NCBI GenBank assembly: GCA_036229005.1
Contig: JAZAMN010000069.1
Span: forward strand, 1 to 59,016
Length of the DNA stretch: 59,016 nucleotides
Reading direction: 5' to 3'
DNA from: Myxococcota bacterium
GTDB lineage: Bacteria > Myxococcota_A > UBA796 > CAJQPC01
Below are positions 13,622 to 23,935 of this stretch, piece by piece. Position numbers and translations under genes: made by a program. The stretch's first letter is position 1. Each line of letters begins with the position of its first letter. The notes under the pieces are model-generated. The model searched no databases and was not told the origin of the DNA. It saw only the letters and a program-made list of their open reading frames with translations.

Positions 13622-14790
13622 TCGGCCGCCCCCTGGAGCTGGGCCTCGGTCCGGAGGGGGGCCCCGTCCGACACGGAGGCCAGGTCCGTGAGCACCACCT
13701 GCGCCCCCGCCTCCAGGCCGCGGATGTAGGCGTAGTCGGCGTCCTGGACCAGCACCTCGACCGTGCGAAGGCGCAGCAGGCCCTCCTCCATCGTCCAGAC
13801 GATGTCCTCCCGGCGCAGCGCCCCGCGGGGCAGTCGGATGACCTCGCTCAGGGTGTTGGCCTGCAGCTCCGCCTGGAGGAAGGCCCCGACGGAAAGCGGT
13901 GGGCCCGGATGCTCCAGGGCCAGCGGGTCCTCCACCGTCACCAACAGACGTGCCAGGCGGGTCTGCTGGTCCAGCGCGCGCACCACGCCGCTCAAGGTGC
14001 CCTGTCGGGTCGCTCCGGCGGGCCAGGCGTTGTCATCCCGCAGGCGCACGCTGGTCTGCTCGGGCAGGTGCTGCAGCAGCCGCGTAGGCAGGGTGAGCTC
14101 GACCCAGAAGCGCTCCACGGCGACCAGTCGGCCCAGGGTGCTGCTCGGGGTGACCAGGGAGCCCACGCCCACCGAGCGCTCCAGGACCAGCGAGCGCGAC
14201 GGCGCCCGGACCCGCGTGCGGGAGAGCTCCAGCTCGGCCTGCTTGAGGTTCGCCCGCGCGGCGTCGACGGTGGCTTGAGCGGCCTGCAGCTGAGGCTCCC
14301 GGAGGACCAGGCGCTCCTGCTCGGCGGAGATCTCCGCGCCGATGTGGTCCCGCTCGATGCGCGCCACGGCCTGGCGCCCCTGCTCCAGCTCCAGATCCGC
14401 CTGCGCCAGGGCCAGCGCGCTCTCGGCCAGCGCCACGGCGTTCGCGGCGTCCACCCGCTCCAGCTCCAGCAGGACCTCGCCGGCCTCCACGACGCTGCCG
14501 GGTACGAACTCCCGACCCAGCGCGGTGATCTGCCCAGAGACCCGCGGCTGCAAGGTCACGTCCTCGGCCGCCAGCACCACCCCAACGGCCGGGATCTGCG
14601 GGGTGTAGTCCCCGACCTCGACCTCGATCACCTCGACCAGCATGGCGGTGCGCTTCACGGCGGCTTCCCGCTCGGGCTCGGGCTCGGTCAGCTTGATGAG
14701 GGCCCCTACCGCTCCGGTGAGCAGCAGCAGGGCGAGGATGCCCAGCCAGGTCTTGGGGGAGGTGCGGCTGGGGGGCGGTCCGTCAGTCAT
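13618..14790 (-). CDS. RND periplasmic adaptor (MFP)
   Basis: [18 protein letters not shown]; stop/start overlaps with both neighbours. Confidence 0.9.
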
Positions 14791-16187
14791 CGGCCCACCT
14801 CCTGGGAGTCGGGGGTGCGTGCGGCCTCTCGCGGAACGGGTCCAGCGAGGGCGAGGTAGAGCTGGATGCGCAGCAGGAGCTGGCGCTCGCGGGCATCGAT
14901 GAGGTCCCGGCGGAGCTGCTGCGCGGTGGTCTGGCCGGTGAGCACGTCCAGGTAGCTGACGTCCAGCCCCCCGGTGTACTGCGCCTGCAGGCCCTCGGCG
15001 GTGCGCTCCGCGAGCAGCACCTGCTGGGTCAGGTTCTCCACGCGCTGGGCTTGCAGGCGGTCCTGGGCCAGCGCGTCCTCGACCTCCTGCAGGGCGACCA
15101 GAAGCGCCTGGCCATAGTCGGCGATGGCAGCGTCCAGCTCCGCGCGGCTGCGGTGGACCTCGGCGCGGCGACTCCGTCCCTCCAGGATGGGCGCGACCAG
15201 GCTGACCCCCAGGGAGGTGAGCCAACCCGTGAGCAGGTCTTCAGGCGTCGACCCCACCGACCCCAGATCCAGACTGAAGCTCAGGCGGGGGAACTGCTCG
15301 GTGATGGCGACGGCCACCTGGGCGTCCGCGGCGAGCAGCGCCTGTTCGGCGGAGAGGACGTCCGGCCGGCGGCGGATCAGCTCCACCGGGATCCCCGCGT
15401 CCGGCAGCGGAGGCAGCGCGGGCAGGGCCTGGATCTCCACCGCGGGGGGCTCGGTCGGTGACCTCCCCAGCAACACCGCGAGCTGATGCTCCAGCAGCTC
15501 CAGGGCCTCCTGCTGGGCGATGCTCTGTTCGGCCGTGCCCACCTCCAGGCGCTCCTGTCGCAGCGCGTCGGCCTCCCGCGCCACGCCGTTGTGGAATCGC
15601 GCGCGGACGATGCGGGTCATGCCGGCGTTGGCCTGCTGCTGCTCCTGGAGCAGGCTGAGCTGGGCCCGCGTGGCGGCGATGGAGACCCAGGTGCGCGCGA
15701 TCTCGCCGCTCAGGGAGAGGGCGGCGGCCTGGGCGTCGGCTTCGGTGCTCTGCCTCTCGTGGTCGGCGACCCGGGTCTCCGCGCGGATCCGCCCCCACAG
15801 GTCCAGCTCGTAGGCCACCCCCACCCCGGCCGACAGCGAGGGCGTCCCCCCTGGGCTCTGGCTGCCCCCCGCGCTCCCGGTGACCGTGGGGAAGAGGGGG
15901 GCGCGGGCCTGGACCACCTGGGCCTGCGCGGCCTCCAGGCGGGAGAAGGCGGCCTGGACGCTGAGGTTGTCGGAGAGCCCCTGCTCCACCAACGCGCTGA
16001 GCTCGGCGCTCTCGAACCCGGACCACCAATCGGCGCCAGCGAGGTGCGTGCCGGCGTCCGAGAAGCGGAGCTCCTCCACGGGGATGGGCGGGCGCAGCTC
16101 GGGGCGATCCAGGGCGGCGTCCTTTCGGCCGCAGCCGCCAAGGAGCAGGACCAGGGCGCTCAGGGATGTCAGGCGTCGGGCGTGCAT
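14787..16187 (-). CDS. Outer-membrane efflux lipoprotein (NodT/TolC family)
   Basis: LGGC lipobox, WWSGF, YELDLWGRIR, LIRRRPDV. Confidence 0.92.
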   Translation of the reverse strand: MHARRLTSLSALVLLLGGCGRKDAALDRPELRPPIPVEELRFSDAGTHLAGADWWSGFESAELSALVEQGLSDNLSVQAAFSRLEAAQAQVVQARAPLFPTVTGSAGGSQSPGGTPSLSAGVGVAYELDLWGRIRAETRVADHERQSTEADAQAAALSLSGEIARTWVSIAATRAQLSLLQEQQQANAGMTRIVRARFHNGVAREADALRQERLEVGTAEQSIAQQEALELLEHQLAVLLGRSPTEPPAVEIQALPALPPLPDAGIPVELIRRRPDVLSAEQALLAADAQVAVAITEQFPRLSFSLDLGSVGSTPEDLLTGWLTSLGVSLVAPILEGRSRRAEVHRSRAELDAAIADYGQALLVALQEVEDALAQDRLQAQRVENLTQQVLLAERTAEGLQAQYTGGLDVSYLDVLTGQTTAQQLRRDLIDARERQLLLRIQLYLALAGPVPREAARTPDSQEVGR

Positions 16188-16290
16188 TGCCCTGGGAGGT
16201 ACCGCCCCGCGGCTGGGTCCTGCGGGGGCGTTTACACTTCTTCAAGTCCCCACCGCCGCCCCGCGGGTTTGATTGAGGACCGGAGGCCCC

Positions 16291-16953
16291 ATGGCGCAGA
16301 TCCTGCTGGTGGAGGACGATCCGCGGAGCGTGGAGCTGCTCCGCGAGCTGCTGGAGGGCAGCGGCCACCAGGTGCGTCCGGCGACCACCCTGCAGGCCGC
16401 CCGCGAGGCCTTCTCCCCCGAGATCGAGCTGGTGGTGCTGGACCTGAACCTGCCCGACGGCGACGGCTTCTCCCTCTGCGTCGAGCTGCGCGCCCGCAGC
16501 GCCGTGCCCATCCTCATCCTCAGCGCCCGCGGCGGCGCCGACGACCGGGTGGACGGCCTGCGCCTCGGGGCCGACGACTTCCTGCCCAAGCCCTACGCCC
16601 CCAGCGAGCTGCTGGCCCGCATCGACGCCATCGGCCGCCGCCGGGAGTGGGCGGTGGGCGGCGCGCCCGTGGTCGTCGGCGACCTGGAGCTGGACCCTGG
16701 GGCCCGGAGCGCGCAGGTCGCCGGGCGGGACCTGGGCCTGACCGAGACCGAGTTCGACGTCCTGCGTGTCCTGGCCGAGCGCGCCGGCCGGGTGGTCACC
16801 CGCGAGCGCCTGTCCCTGCTGGCCCGAGGCGCGGAGTGGGGCGCCTTCGACCGCTCCCTGGACGTCCACGTCTCCCGCATCCGCAAGAAGCTCGGCGACG
16901 ACGCCCGCATCCGTACCTTGCGCGGCGTCGGGTACATGCTGGTGTCGAGGTGA
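16291..16953 (+). CDS. OmpR-family response regulator
   Basis: ILLVEDD, LDLNLPDGDG, GADDFLPKP, DRSLDVHVSRIRKKL, TLRGVGY; GGAGG RBS. Confidence 0.95.
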   Translation: MAQILLVEDDPRSVELLRELLEGSGHQVRPATTLQAAREAFSPEIELVVLDLNLPDGDGFSLCVELRARSAVPILILSARGGADDRVDGLRLGADDFLPKPYAPSELLARIDAIGRRREWAVGGAPVVVGDLELDPGARSAQVAGRDLGLTETEFDVLRVLAERAGRVVTRERLSLLARGAEWGAFDRSLDVHVSRIRKKLGDDARIRTLRGVGYMLVSR

Positions 16954-18191
16954 GCGCCTCCCGCTGGCTCTGGCCCCTGGCCGTGCTGACCCCCGCGCTG
17001 GGCGTGCTGCTCCTGGCGCTGGTCGTCACCCAGGTCTGGTGGATCCGCCAACCCCTCCCCCCCGAGGTCTCGCGCCTGCGCGCCCAGCAGGCCCTCCAAG
17101 CCAGCGCACAGATGCAGGCCGGCGTCCCCCTGCAGGAGGTCGAACGCGCTCTGGGCGTCGATCTGCGCCTGGCGGAAGGCCCCCCCGAAGGCCCCCCCCG
17201 GGTCAGCAGCGACTGGGGCCCTCTGGAGGCGGACTGGCGCCCCCGAGAGCTCCAGGGCCAGACCGTCTGGGAGCGCCCGGGTCCCGAGCACGAGGCCGCC
17301 GCCTGGCTCGGCAGCGCCTGGGTCGTCCTCCACACCGACATCGACACGGAGGGCCTCCCCCTCCTGGCCGCCCTGCTCCTGGCCGCCGCCCCTCTGCTCG
17401 CGGGCACCGCCTGGCTGACCCGCCGCGCCGCCCGCCCCGTGGAGGCCGCCGAGCAGGCCATGGCCCGAATCAGCGCCGGGGACTTGGAGACCCGCCTGGA
17501 CGAGCGCGCTGGTCCCCCCGAGCTCCGCCGCATGGCCCGCGTCGTCAACAGCCTCACCGAGGAGACCCAGCGCCTGGTCCGCGAAGAGCGGGAGCGCATG
17601 GCCGGCCTCTCCCACGAGATGCGCACCCCCCTGACCCGCGCCCGCCTGGAGCTGGAGCTCGCCCGCCGCGCCGGGGCCGCCACCGTCGACCGCATCGAAC
17701 GTCTGGACAGCGAGCTGGTCGCCTTGGACGCCCTCGTCGCCGAGCTCCTGGAGCTGGCCCACCTGGGAAGCGGCCGCCGCAGCCTCCGCGCCGAGCCCGT
17801 AGACCTGCGCAGCCTCATGGAGGCCCTCGTCGAGGAGCTCGGAGAGGAACAGATCTCGGTGCACGGACAGGGGGAGGCCCACGCTGACCCGACCTTGGTG
17901 CGCCGCGCGGTGGGCAACCTCTTGGCGAACGCCCGAATCCACGCCCCCGGGGCCCCCCGCTCCATCCACGTCGATCTTGGCACCGTCGAGGTGCGGGATG
18001 GCGGCCCCGGCATGTCCCCCCAGGCTCTGGAGCAGGCCACCCACCCCTTCTGGCGCGGCGATCCCCAGGCCCCCGGCCACGGCCTCGGGCTGGCCATCGT
18101 CGACGACATCGCCCGCCTCCACGGCGGCCGCCTGGTGCTCACCAGTGAGCAGGGTCTGCGGGCGCGGCTGGAGCTGCCCAAGACGGGGTGA
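16950..18191 (+). CDS. HAMP-domain sensor histidine kinase
   Basis: SHEMRTPL H-box, NLLANA, DGGPG, GHGLGLAIV; GTGA overlap with the regulator. Confidence 0.92.
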   Translation: MSASRWLWPLAVLTPALGVLLLALVVTQVWWIRQPLPPEVSRLRAQQALQASAQMQAGVPLQEVERALGVDLRLAEGPPEGPPRVSSDWGPLEADWRPRELQGQTVWERPGPEHEAAAWLGSAWVVLHTDIDTEGLPLLAALLLAAAPLLAGTAWLTRRAARPVEAAEQAMARISAGDLETRLDERAGPPELRRMARVVNSLTEETQRLVREERERMAGLSHEMRTPLTRARLELELARRAGAATVDRIERLDSELVALDALVAELLELAHLGSGRRSLRAEPVDLRSLMEALVEELGEEQISVHGQGEAHADPTLVRRAVGNLLANARIHAPGAPRSIHVDLGTVEVRDGGPGMSPQALEQATHPFWRGDPQAPGHGLGLAIVDDIARLHGGRLVLTSEQGLRARLELPKTG

Positions 18192-18411
18192 GGGCCCCAG
18201 CTCCGCGGGCTTCCGCCCCGTCGCCCCTTGGTCCCCCCGCCGCGCTCAGGGAGATCCCGCATCCCGGCCCCTCGCAGGCCCTCGGCCAGCAAATCCCCTC
18301 TACACACCGAGGACCCAAAGGTCCCGGAAGTCCCGATGCAATGGGCTCTCTGGGGGCACCGATCGCGGGGGTTCCAGTGGTATCCTCGGCTCCTCAAGCC
18401 ACAGGTGCACA

Positions 18412-20145
18412 ATGGACCCCAACCTCGACGCCCTCAACGCCCGACTCGACGGCATTGAGTCCCGCCTTGATCGCCTCACCTCGCTGATGGAGCGGCAGTT
18501 CTCCGGGGCCGCCCCCCAGGCCGCCACGCAGGTGGCCCAGGACCTCGCCGCCGTCCATGGGCCCGAGGATCTGCAGCGCCGCTTGGCCGACACCCTGCTC
18601 CGCGTGGGCGATCCCGAGGTGCTGGAGTCCCTGACCCGCATCCTGGAGCTGGCCCCCCAGCTCGAGTACGCCGCCTACGGCCTGGCCGCCGGCCCGGACC
18701 TGCTGGAGGAGGGCCTGGAGGTCGCCAACGAGATGGCCGAGGAGCAGGGCCTCCCCGCACACGAGGTGCGACGCCGCGTGATGGCCGGCGCCGAGCTCCT
18801 CAAGGGCTTGAGCTCCCCCGAGCAGATCGCCTCCCTGGGCCGACTGGGCCGCATGGCGCCCTCGCTGGTGCCCGCCGCGGAGGCCGTGGAGTCCGCCGCC
18901 CAGACCCTGGTGGCCTACGAGGGCAGCGCGGCCTTCCAGGCGCGCCTGTCCGAGACCCTGGTGCGCATCGGCGAGCCCGAGGTGCTGGACGCCCTCACCC
19001 GCATCGCCGCCCTGGCGCCCCAGCTCGAGTACGCCGCCTACGGCTTGGCCGCCGGCCCCGAGCTGCTGGAAGAGGGCCTGGAGGTCGCCAACGAGATGGC
19101 CGCCGAGCAGGGCCTGGATCACGCCGAGCTGCAGCGCCGCCTGCGCGCCGGCGCCGCTCTGCTGCAGAAGCTCTCCACCGCCGAGAGCATCGAGTCCATC
19201 GGGCAGCTCGGCGCCCTGGCGCCTTCGCTGGTGCCCGCCGCCCAGGCCGCTGAGAAGGCCGCCACCGAGCTGGAGGCCTACGAGGGCCGCGACGCCTTCC
19301 AGGCGCGCCTGGCCGAGACCCTGGTGCGCATCGGCGAGCCCGAGGTCCTGGAGTCCCTGACCGCCATCGCCTCGATGGCCCCCCGCCTGGAGTACGCGGT
19401 CTACGCCCTGGCCGCCGGCCCGGAGCTGCTGGAGGAGGGCCTGGACCTCATCAAGGAGATGAGCCACGGCGGCCCCTCCATGGACGACCGCCTCAAGGCC
19501 GGCCTGGTCCTGGCGGAGAAGCTCTCCCAGCCGGCAACCTTGCGCGGCCTGCAGTCCGTCGTCGAGGCCACCAACCAGGTCGCCTCCAGCGGCGGCTTCG
19601 GCTTCCTGACCCAGGCCGCCGGCATGGCCGCCACCGGCATGGCCGCCGCCTTCAACGAGGCCGGCATCCAGGACGCCGCGCAGCTCGCGCCCCGCATCGA
19701 CGCCGCGATGGCCCTGATGGTCAAGCTCAGCGACCCCAGCCTGCTGGGCACCATGGAGCGCCTGGTGGACCAGGCCATTGTGGTCGAGCCCAAGCTGCTC
19801 GCTGCGACCAAGGTCCTGGAGACCCTGGATCTGGACGCCCTGGCCCGGGTCACCGAGAAGGCCACCGATCCCCTGGTCGCCGAGGCCCTGGTGGACCTGC
19901 TGGACCTGGCCCCGCTGCTGCGCGGCCCCCTGTCCACGCTGCCCAACCAGCCCCTCACCCTGGAGATGCTCAACCGCATCAACATCGCCTTCAACGAGGC
20001 CGCCCGCAGCGCCAAGCCGGTGGGCGCCTTCGGGGCCCTGGGTGCGATGGGCGACCCCGACGTGCAGCGCTCCGTGGGCGTGGCTCTGGACGTGGCGCGG
20101 CGCCTGGGCGAGTCCCTGGCCCAGCTCCCGGCCGAGGCCAAGTAG
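18412..20145 (+). CDS. Helical repeat protein with C-terminal DUF1641-like segment
   Basis: C-terminus KPVGAFGALGAMGDPDVQRSVGVALDVARRLG; LEYAxYxLAAGPxLLEEGL recurs at 18661, 19024 and 19387 (363-bp period). Confidence 0.6.
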   Translation: MDPNLDALNARLDGIESRLDRLTSLMERQFSGAAPQAATQVAQDLAAVHGPEDLQRRLADTLLRVGDPEVLESLTRILELAPQLEYAAYGLAAGPDLLEEGLEVANEMAEEQGLPAHEVRRRVMAGAELLKGLSSPEQIASLGRLGRMAPSLVPAAEAVESAAQTLVAYEGSAAFQARLSETLVRIGEPEVLDALTRIAALAPQLEYAAYGLAAGPELLEEGLEVANEMAAEQGLDHAELQRRLRAGAALLQKLSTAESIESIGQLGALAPSLVPAAQAAEKAATELEAYEGRDAFQARLAETLVRIGEPEVLESLTAIASMAPRLEYAVYALAAGPELLEEGLDLIKEMSHGGPSMDDRLKAGLVLAEKLSQPATLRGLQSVVEATNQVASSGGFGFLTQAAGMAATGMAAAFNEAGIQDAAQLAPRIDAAMALMVKLSDPSLLGTMERLVDQAIVVEPKLLAATKVLETLDLDALARVTEKATDPLVAEALVDLLDLAPLLRGPLSTLPNQPLTLEMLNRINIAFNEAARSAKPVGAFGALGAMGDPDVQRSVGVALDVARRLGESLAQLPAEAK

Positions 20146-20244
20146 GCCGCGGGGCCCAGCCCCCAGAGCAAGCGAGGCGGGCTCCCGGTCGGGGGCCCGC
20201 CTCGTGCGCTCTGGGGGTGCGCTCATCGCTGAGCGACCAGCGGC

Positions 20245-21075
20245 TCAGTCCAGGGCCGCCTGCCGCGCGCGGATCCAGGCGTACCAGTCCTGCATCCCCT
20301 GCCCGTCCTTGGTGCTGACCTGCAGGATCGGCGCGTCGGGCGCCACCTGGGCCACGCTGTCGCGGGCCTTGTCCAGGTCGAAGTCCAGGTAGGGCAGCAG
20401 GTCCACCTTGGTGAGCAGCACCAGGTCGGCCGTGCGGAACATGTGGGGGTACTTGAGGGGCTTGTCCTCGCCCTCGGTGACCGAGAAGAGCACCACGCGG
20501 GCGTCCTCCCCCAGGTCAAAGAGCGCGGGGCACACCAGGTTGCCCACGTTCTCCACGAACACCACCGACTGGGGGGCCGGCTTGAGGGACTGCAGGCCGG
20601 CCCAGACCATGTCGGCCTCCAGGTGGCAGCCGGTGCCGGTGTTCACCTGGATCACGGGAGCACCGGTGGCCCGGATGCGCGCGGCGTCCGCATCGGTCTC
20701 CTGGTCGCCTTCGATGACCACGCTGGGGCGGTCCAGCTCCTGGAGCGTGCGCACCAGCAGGGTGGTCTTACCGGAGCCCGGCGAGGACATCAGGTTCAGC
20801 GCCAGGGCCTGCCGACCGGAGAGCCACACGCGGTTGCGCTCGGCGAGCTGGTCGTTCTTGCCCAGGATGGCGGCCTCCAGCACCTGGAGGTCCGCGGGGC
20901 CGTGCCCGTGATCGTGCCCATGATCATGGCCGTGGTCGTGCCCATGATCGTGGCCGTGGTCGTGGCCATGATCATGGCTGTGCCCATGATCGTGGTCGTG
21001 GCCCATGGCCTTGGGTCCGCTGCCGTCATTGATGGTGGTGCTCGCGCCGTCGGAGCAGCCGCAGGTGACACACAT
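20245..21075 (-). CDS. hypB: Hydrogenase nickel-insertion GTPase HypB
   Basis: MCVTCGC, GHDH-rich linker, SSPGSGKTT, ENVGNLVCPA, EDKPLKYP. Confidence 0.97.
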   Translation of the reverse strand: MCVTCGCSDGASTTINDGSGPKAMGHDHDHGHSHDHGHDHGHDHGHDHGHDHGHDHGHGPADLQVLEAAILGKNDQLAERNRVWLSGRQALALNLMSSPGSGKTTLLVRTLQELDRPSVVIEGDQETDADAARIRATGAPVIQVNTGTGCHLEADMVWAGLQSLKPAPQSVVFVENVGNLVCPALFDLGEDARVVLFSVTEGEDKPLKYPHMFRTADLVLLTKVDLLPYLDFDLDKARDSVAQVAPDAPILQVSTKDGQGMQDWYAWIRARQAALD

Positions 21076-21078
21076 GAC

Positions 21079-21408
21079 TCAAGTCTCCATGGAGGCGATG
21101 AGGAGCTCCTGGCCGGACACGATGTCCATGCGGGCCTTGCGCTCGCAGGGGCAGCGGGCGACCGGGTGCTCGATGGGGAATTCCTTGTCGCAGCCCTGAC
21201 AGCGGGCCAGGCCCTCGGGCTCCGTGATCTGGAGCTCGGCGCCCTCGACCACGGTGCCCTGGGCGCACACGCCAAAGCAGAACTGGATGGCCTTGACCTC
21301 GACGCCCGAGAGCTTGCCGACGGTGAGCTGCACGGCCTTGACCTTCCGCTCGCCGGCCTTCTCGGCGACGATTCCGACGATGTTCCGGGTGATGGACAGC
21401 TCGTGCAT
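21079..21408 (-). CDS. hypA: Hydrogenase nickel metallochaperone HypA
   Basis: MHELSI start, CxxC and CPC. Confidence 0.95.
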   Translation of the reverse strand: MHELSITRNIVGIVAEKAGERKVKAVQLTVGKLSGVEVKAIQFCFGVCAQGTVVEGAELQITEPEGLARCQGCDKEFPIEHPVARCPCERKARMDIVSGQELLIASMET

Positions 21409-22508
21409 CAGCAGATCCGCGGGAGCTGCTCGCCCACCAGGGCGTCCAGGATGCGCTCGCCGCCAAAGCCGGTGTCGATGGTGACGACCCCCGGAGGGGT
21501 GGGCCGGCAGCGGGCCACAACGCAGGCGTTCCGACCCAGGGGGTGGGCGCGAAGGATCTCCAGGGCCCGGGCGGCGTCGTCCTTGTGCACGGCGGCGACC
21601 AGCTTGCCCTCGTTGGCCAGGTGGACGGGGTCCAGACCCAGGATCTCGCAGAAGCCCTTGACCTCGGGGCGGACGGGCAGGCTGTGGGCGTCGACCACCA
21701 TGCCGACCTCTGCGCCCAGGGCCAGCTCGTTGAGGACGGCCGCGAGGCCGCCGCGGGTCACATCCCGCATGGCGTGCACGTCGATCTCGGCCAGCAGTTC
21801 CTCGACGATGCCACTGAGTGCAGCGCAGTCCGAGGGGATGTCAGCGTCGAGTTGCAGCTCCCCGCGTGCCGTCAGGATCGCAGCCCCGTGGTCCCCCAAA
21901 AAACCGTTGACCAGGATGACGTCGTCCGGACCGATGCGGGGGGTGCGCACGTCCCGACCGGCCGGGATCACGCCGATGCCAGCGGTGTTGATGAACAGGC
22001 CATCAGCGGCGCCGCGCTGCACGACCTTGGTGTCGCCGGTGACGATGTGGACGCCGGCCTCGCGGGCAGCCTGGGCCATGGAGCGCAGGATGCGGCGCAG
22101 GGTCGCGATGGGCAGGCCCTCCTCGATGATCAGGCCGCAGCTCAGATAGAGGGGCTTGGCACCGCCCACCGCCAGATCGTTGACGGTGCCGTTGACCGCG
22201 AGCTTGCCGATGTCCGCGCCGGGGAACTCCAGAGGGTGGACCACGTAGGAGTCGGTGGTGAAGGCAAGCTGCTCGCCCTGGGCGGTGAGGGCCGCCAGGT
22301 CGAAGCGCGCCTGGTCCTCGCGAGCCTGGAGGCCGCCGGTGTCCAGCTCGCCGACGATCAGGTCGTCCAGCAGGTCCTGCATGGCCTTGCCGCCGCCACC
22401 GTGGGCGGAGACGATGACCTCGCCGCGGACGCGACCGCTGCGCCGGCGAAAGCGCTCGATGCGCTGGAAGAGGGGGTGATCAGCGCCCTTGGGATCCTGC
22501 TCGCTCAC
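21408..22508 (-). CDS. hypE: Hydrogenase maturation protein HypE
   Basis: HGGGGK, FTTDSYVV, GTVNDLAV, C-terminal GEQLPRIC. Confidence 0.97.
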   Translation of the reverse strand: MSEQDPKGADHPLFQRIERFRRRSGRVRGEVIVSAHGGGGKAMQDLLDDLIVGELDTGGLQAREDQARFDLAALTAQGEQLAFTTDSYVVHPLEFPGADIGKLAVNGTVNDLAVGGAKPLYLSCGLIIEEGLPIATLRRILRSMAQAAREAGVHIVTGDTKVVQRGAADGLFINTAGIGVIPAGRDVRTPRIGPDDVILVNGFLGDHGAAILTARGELQLDADIPSDCAALSGIVEELLAEIDVHAMRDVTRGGLAAVLNELALGAEVGMVVDAHSLPVRPEVKGFCEILGLDPVHLANEGKLVAAVHKDDAARALEILRAHPLGRNACVVARCRPTPPGVVTIDTGFGGERILDALVGEQLPRIC

Positions 22509-23638
22509 TGACCCACCTTGCTGACCGTCGAGAGGCGGCCGTAGTTGTAGTAGGCCGCGCAGGCCCCTTCGCTGGACACCATGCAGGCCCCGATGGGGGT
22601 CTCCGGGGTGCACGCGGTGCCAAAGACCTTGCACTCCCAGGGCTTGATGCGGCCCTTGAGGACCTCTCCACACTGGCAGGCCTTGGGATCCTCGACCGAC
22701 AGGGCGGGCACCGCGAAGCGCTTCTCGGCGTCGAAGCGGGCGTAGGGTCCGCGGAGCTGCAGGCCGCTCTCCGGGATGCTGCCCAGGCCGCGCCACTCAA
22801 AGTGCTCGCGCAGCTCGAAGACCTCGGCGATGGCGTTCTGGGCCACCGCGTTGCCGTCGTGGCGCACCAGGCGCTTGTACTGGTTCTCCACCTGGGCGCG
22901 ACCATCCAAGAGCTGCTGGAGCACCATCGCCAGGGACTGCAGCACGTCCAGGGGCTCGAAGCCGCTGATCACGATGGGCATGTTGTACTGCTCACCGATG
23001 AACTGGTAGGGCGCCTCGCCGATCACCATGGTGACGTGGCCGGGGCCGATGAAGCCGTCCAGGCGCAGGTCCGGGTCGTCCAGGATCGCCCGCAGGGTGG
23101 GCACGATGGTGATGTGGTTGGAGAAGACGGAGAAGTTCTCCACCCCCTCGGCGTGGGCCTGGAGCACCGTCAGCGCGGAGCTGGGGATGGTGGTCTCGAA
23201 GCCCAGGCCAAAGAACACCACCTGCCGGTCGGGGAGCTGCTTGGCGAGCTCCAGGGCGTCGCTGGGCGAGTAGACCGTGCGGATGTCCGCGCCGCTTGCC
23301 TTGGCCTCCAGCAGGCTGCGCTTGGAGCCGGGCACGCGCAGGGCGTCGCCGAAGGTCGTGAAGGTGACCTCGGGGCGCTCGGCGATGGCCAGGGCGTCGT
23401 CCACGCGGCCCACGGGCAGCACGCACACCGGGCAGCCGGGGCCGTGCACCAGCTCGATGTTCTCGGGGAGCATCTCCTCCAGGCCGAACTTGAAGATGGC
23501 GTGGGTGTGGCCCCCGCAGACCTCCATGATCTTGAGGGGCGCGTCGCGCTGCGCGCCCAGGTCCGCGGCGAGCTGCTTGATGCGCGCGACCACAGCCCGG
23601 CCCGCGACGGGGTCTCGGAACTCGTCGACGTACTTCAC
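22505..23638 (-). CDS. hypD: Hydrogenase maturation protein HypD
   Basis: MEVCGGHTH, GPGCPVC, GFETT, CMVSSEGACAAYY. Confidence 0.97.
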   Translation of the reverse strand: MKYVDEFRDPVAGRAVVARIKQLAADLGAQRDAPLKIMEVCGGHTHAIFKFGLEEMLPENIELVHGPGCPVCVLPVGRVDDALAIAERPEVTFTTFGDALRVPGSKRSLLEAKASGADIRTVYSPSDALELAKQLPDRQVVFFGLGFETTIPSSALTVLQAHAEGVENFSVFSNHITIVPTLRAILDDPDLRLDGFIGPGHVTMVIGEAPYQFIGEQYNMPIVISGFEPLDVLQSLAMVLQQLLDGRAQVENQYKRLVRHDGNAVAQNAIAEVFELREHFEWRGLGSIPESGLQLRGPYARFDAEKRFAVPALSVEDPKACQCGEVLKGRIKPWECKVFGTACTPETPIGACMVSSEGACAAYYNYGRLSTVSKVGQ

Positions 23639-23925
23639 GGGGTGCCTCCCTTGCCGGACTCCGCCATGGCTCTCTGGGCCTCGGCGACCTCGCCCAGCTC
23701 CCGCATGAGCTCCAAGGTACGCTCGGCCTCTTCGGGGTCGATGCGGCTCATCGCGAAGCCCACGTGGACCAGGACCCAGTCCCCCACGCAGTCCTCGACG
23801 GGGTGCTCATCGCTGACGATGCAGGCCAGGTTGGTCACGCGGCGCACGCCGCCGACGTCGACCACGCCGAGCTTCTTGGTGGCGTCGTGGATCTCGACGA
23901 CCTTGCCGGGGATGCCCAGGCACAT
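23635..23925 (-). CDS. hypC: Hydrogenase chaperone HypC
   Basis: MCLGIPG, GDWVLVHVGFAM. Confidence 0.95.
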   Translation of the reverse strand: MCLGIPGKVVEIHDATKKLGVVDVGGVRRVTNLACIVSDEHPVEDCVGDWVLVHVGFAMSRIDPEEAERTLELMRELGEVAEAQRAMAESGKGGTP

Positions 23926-23935
23926 TGGGGGACTC

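Noticed and set aside
20900..21005. 12-bp tandem repeats in hypB
   Set aside because: They encode the usual His-rich GHDH nickel-binding linker
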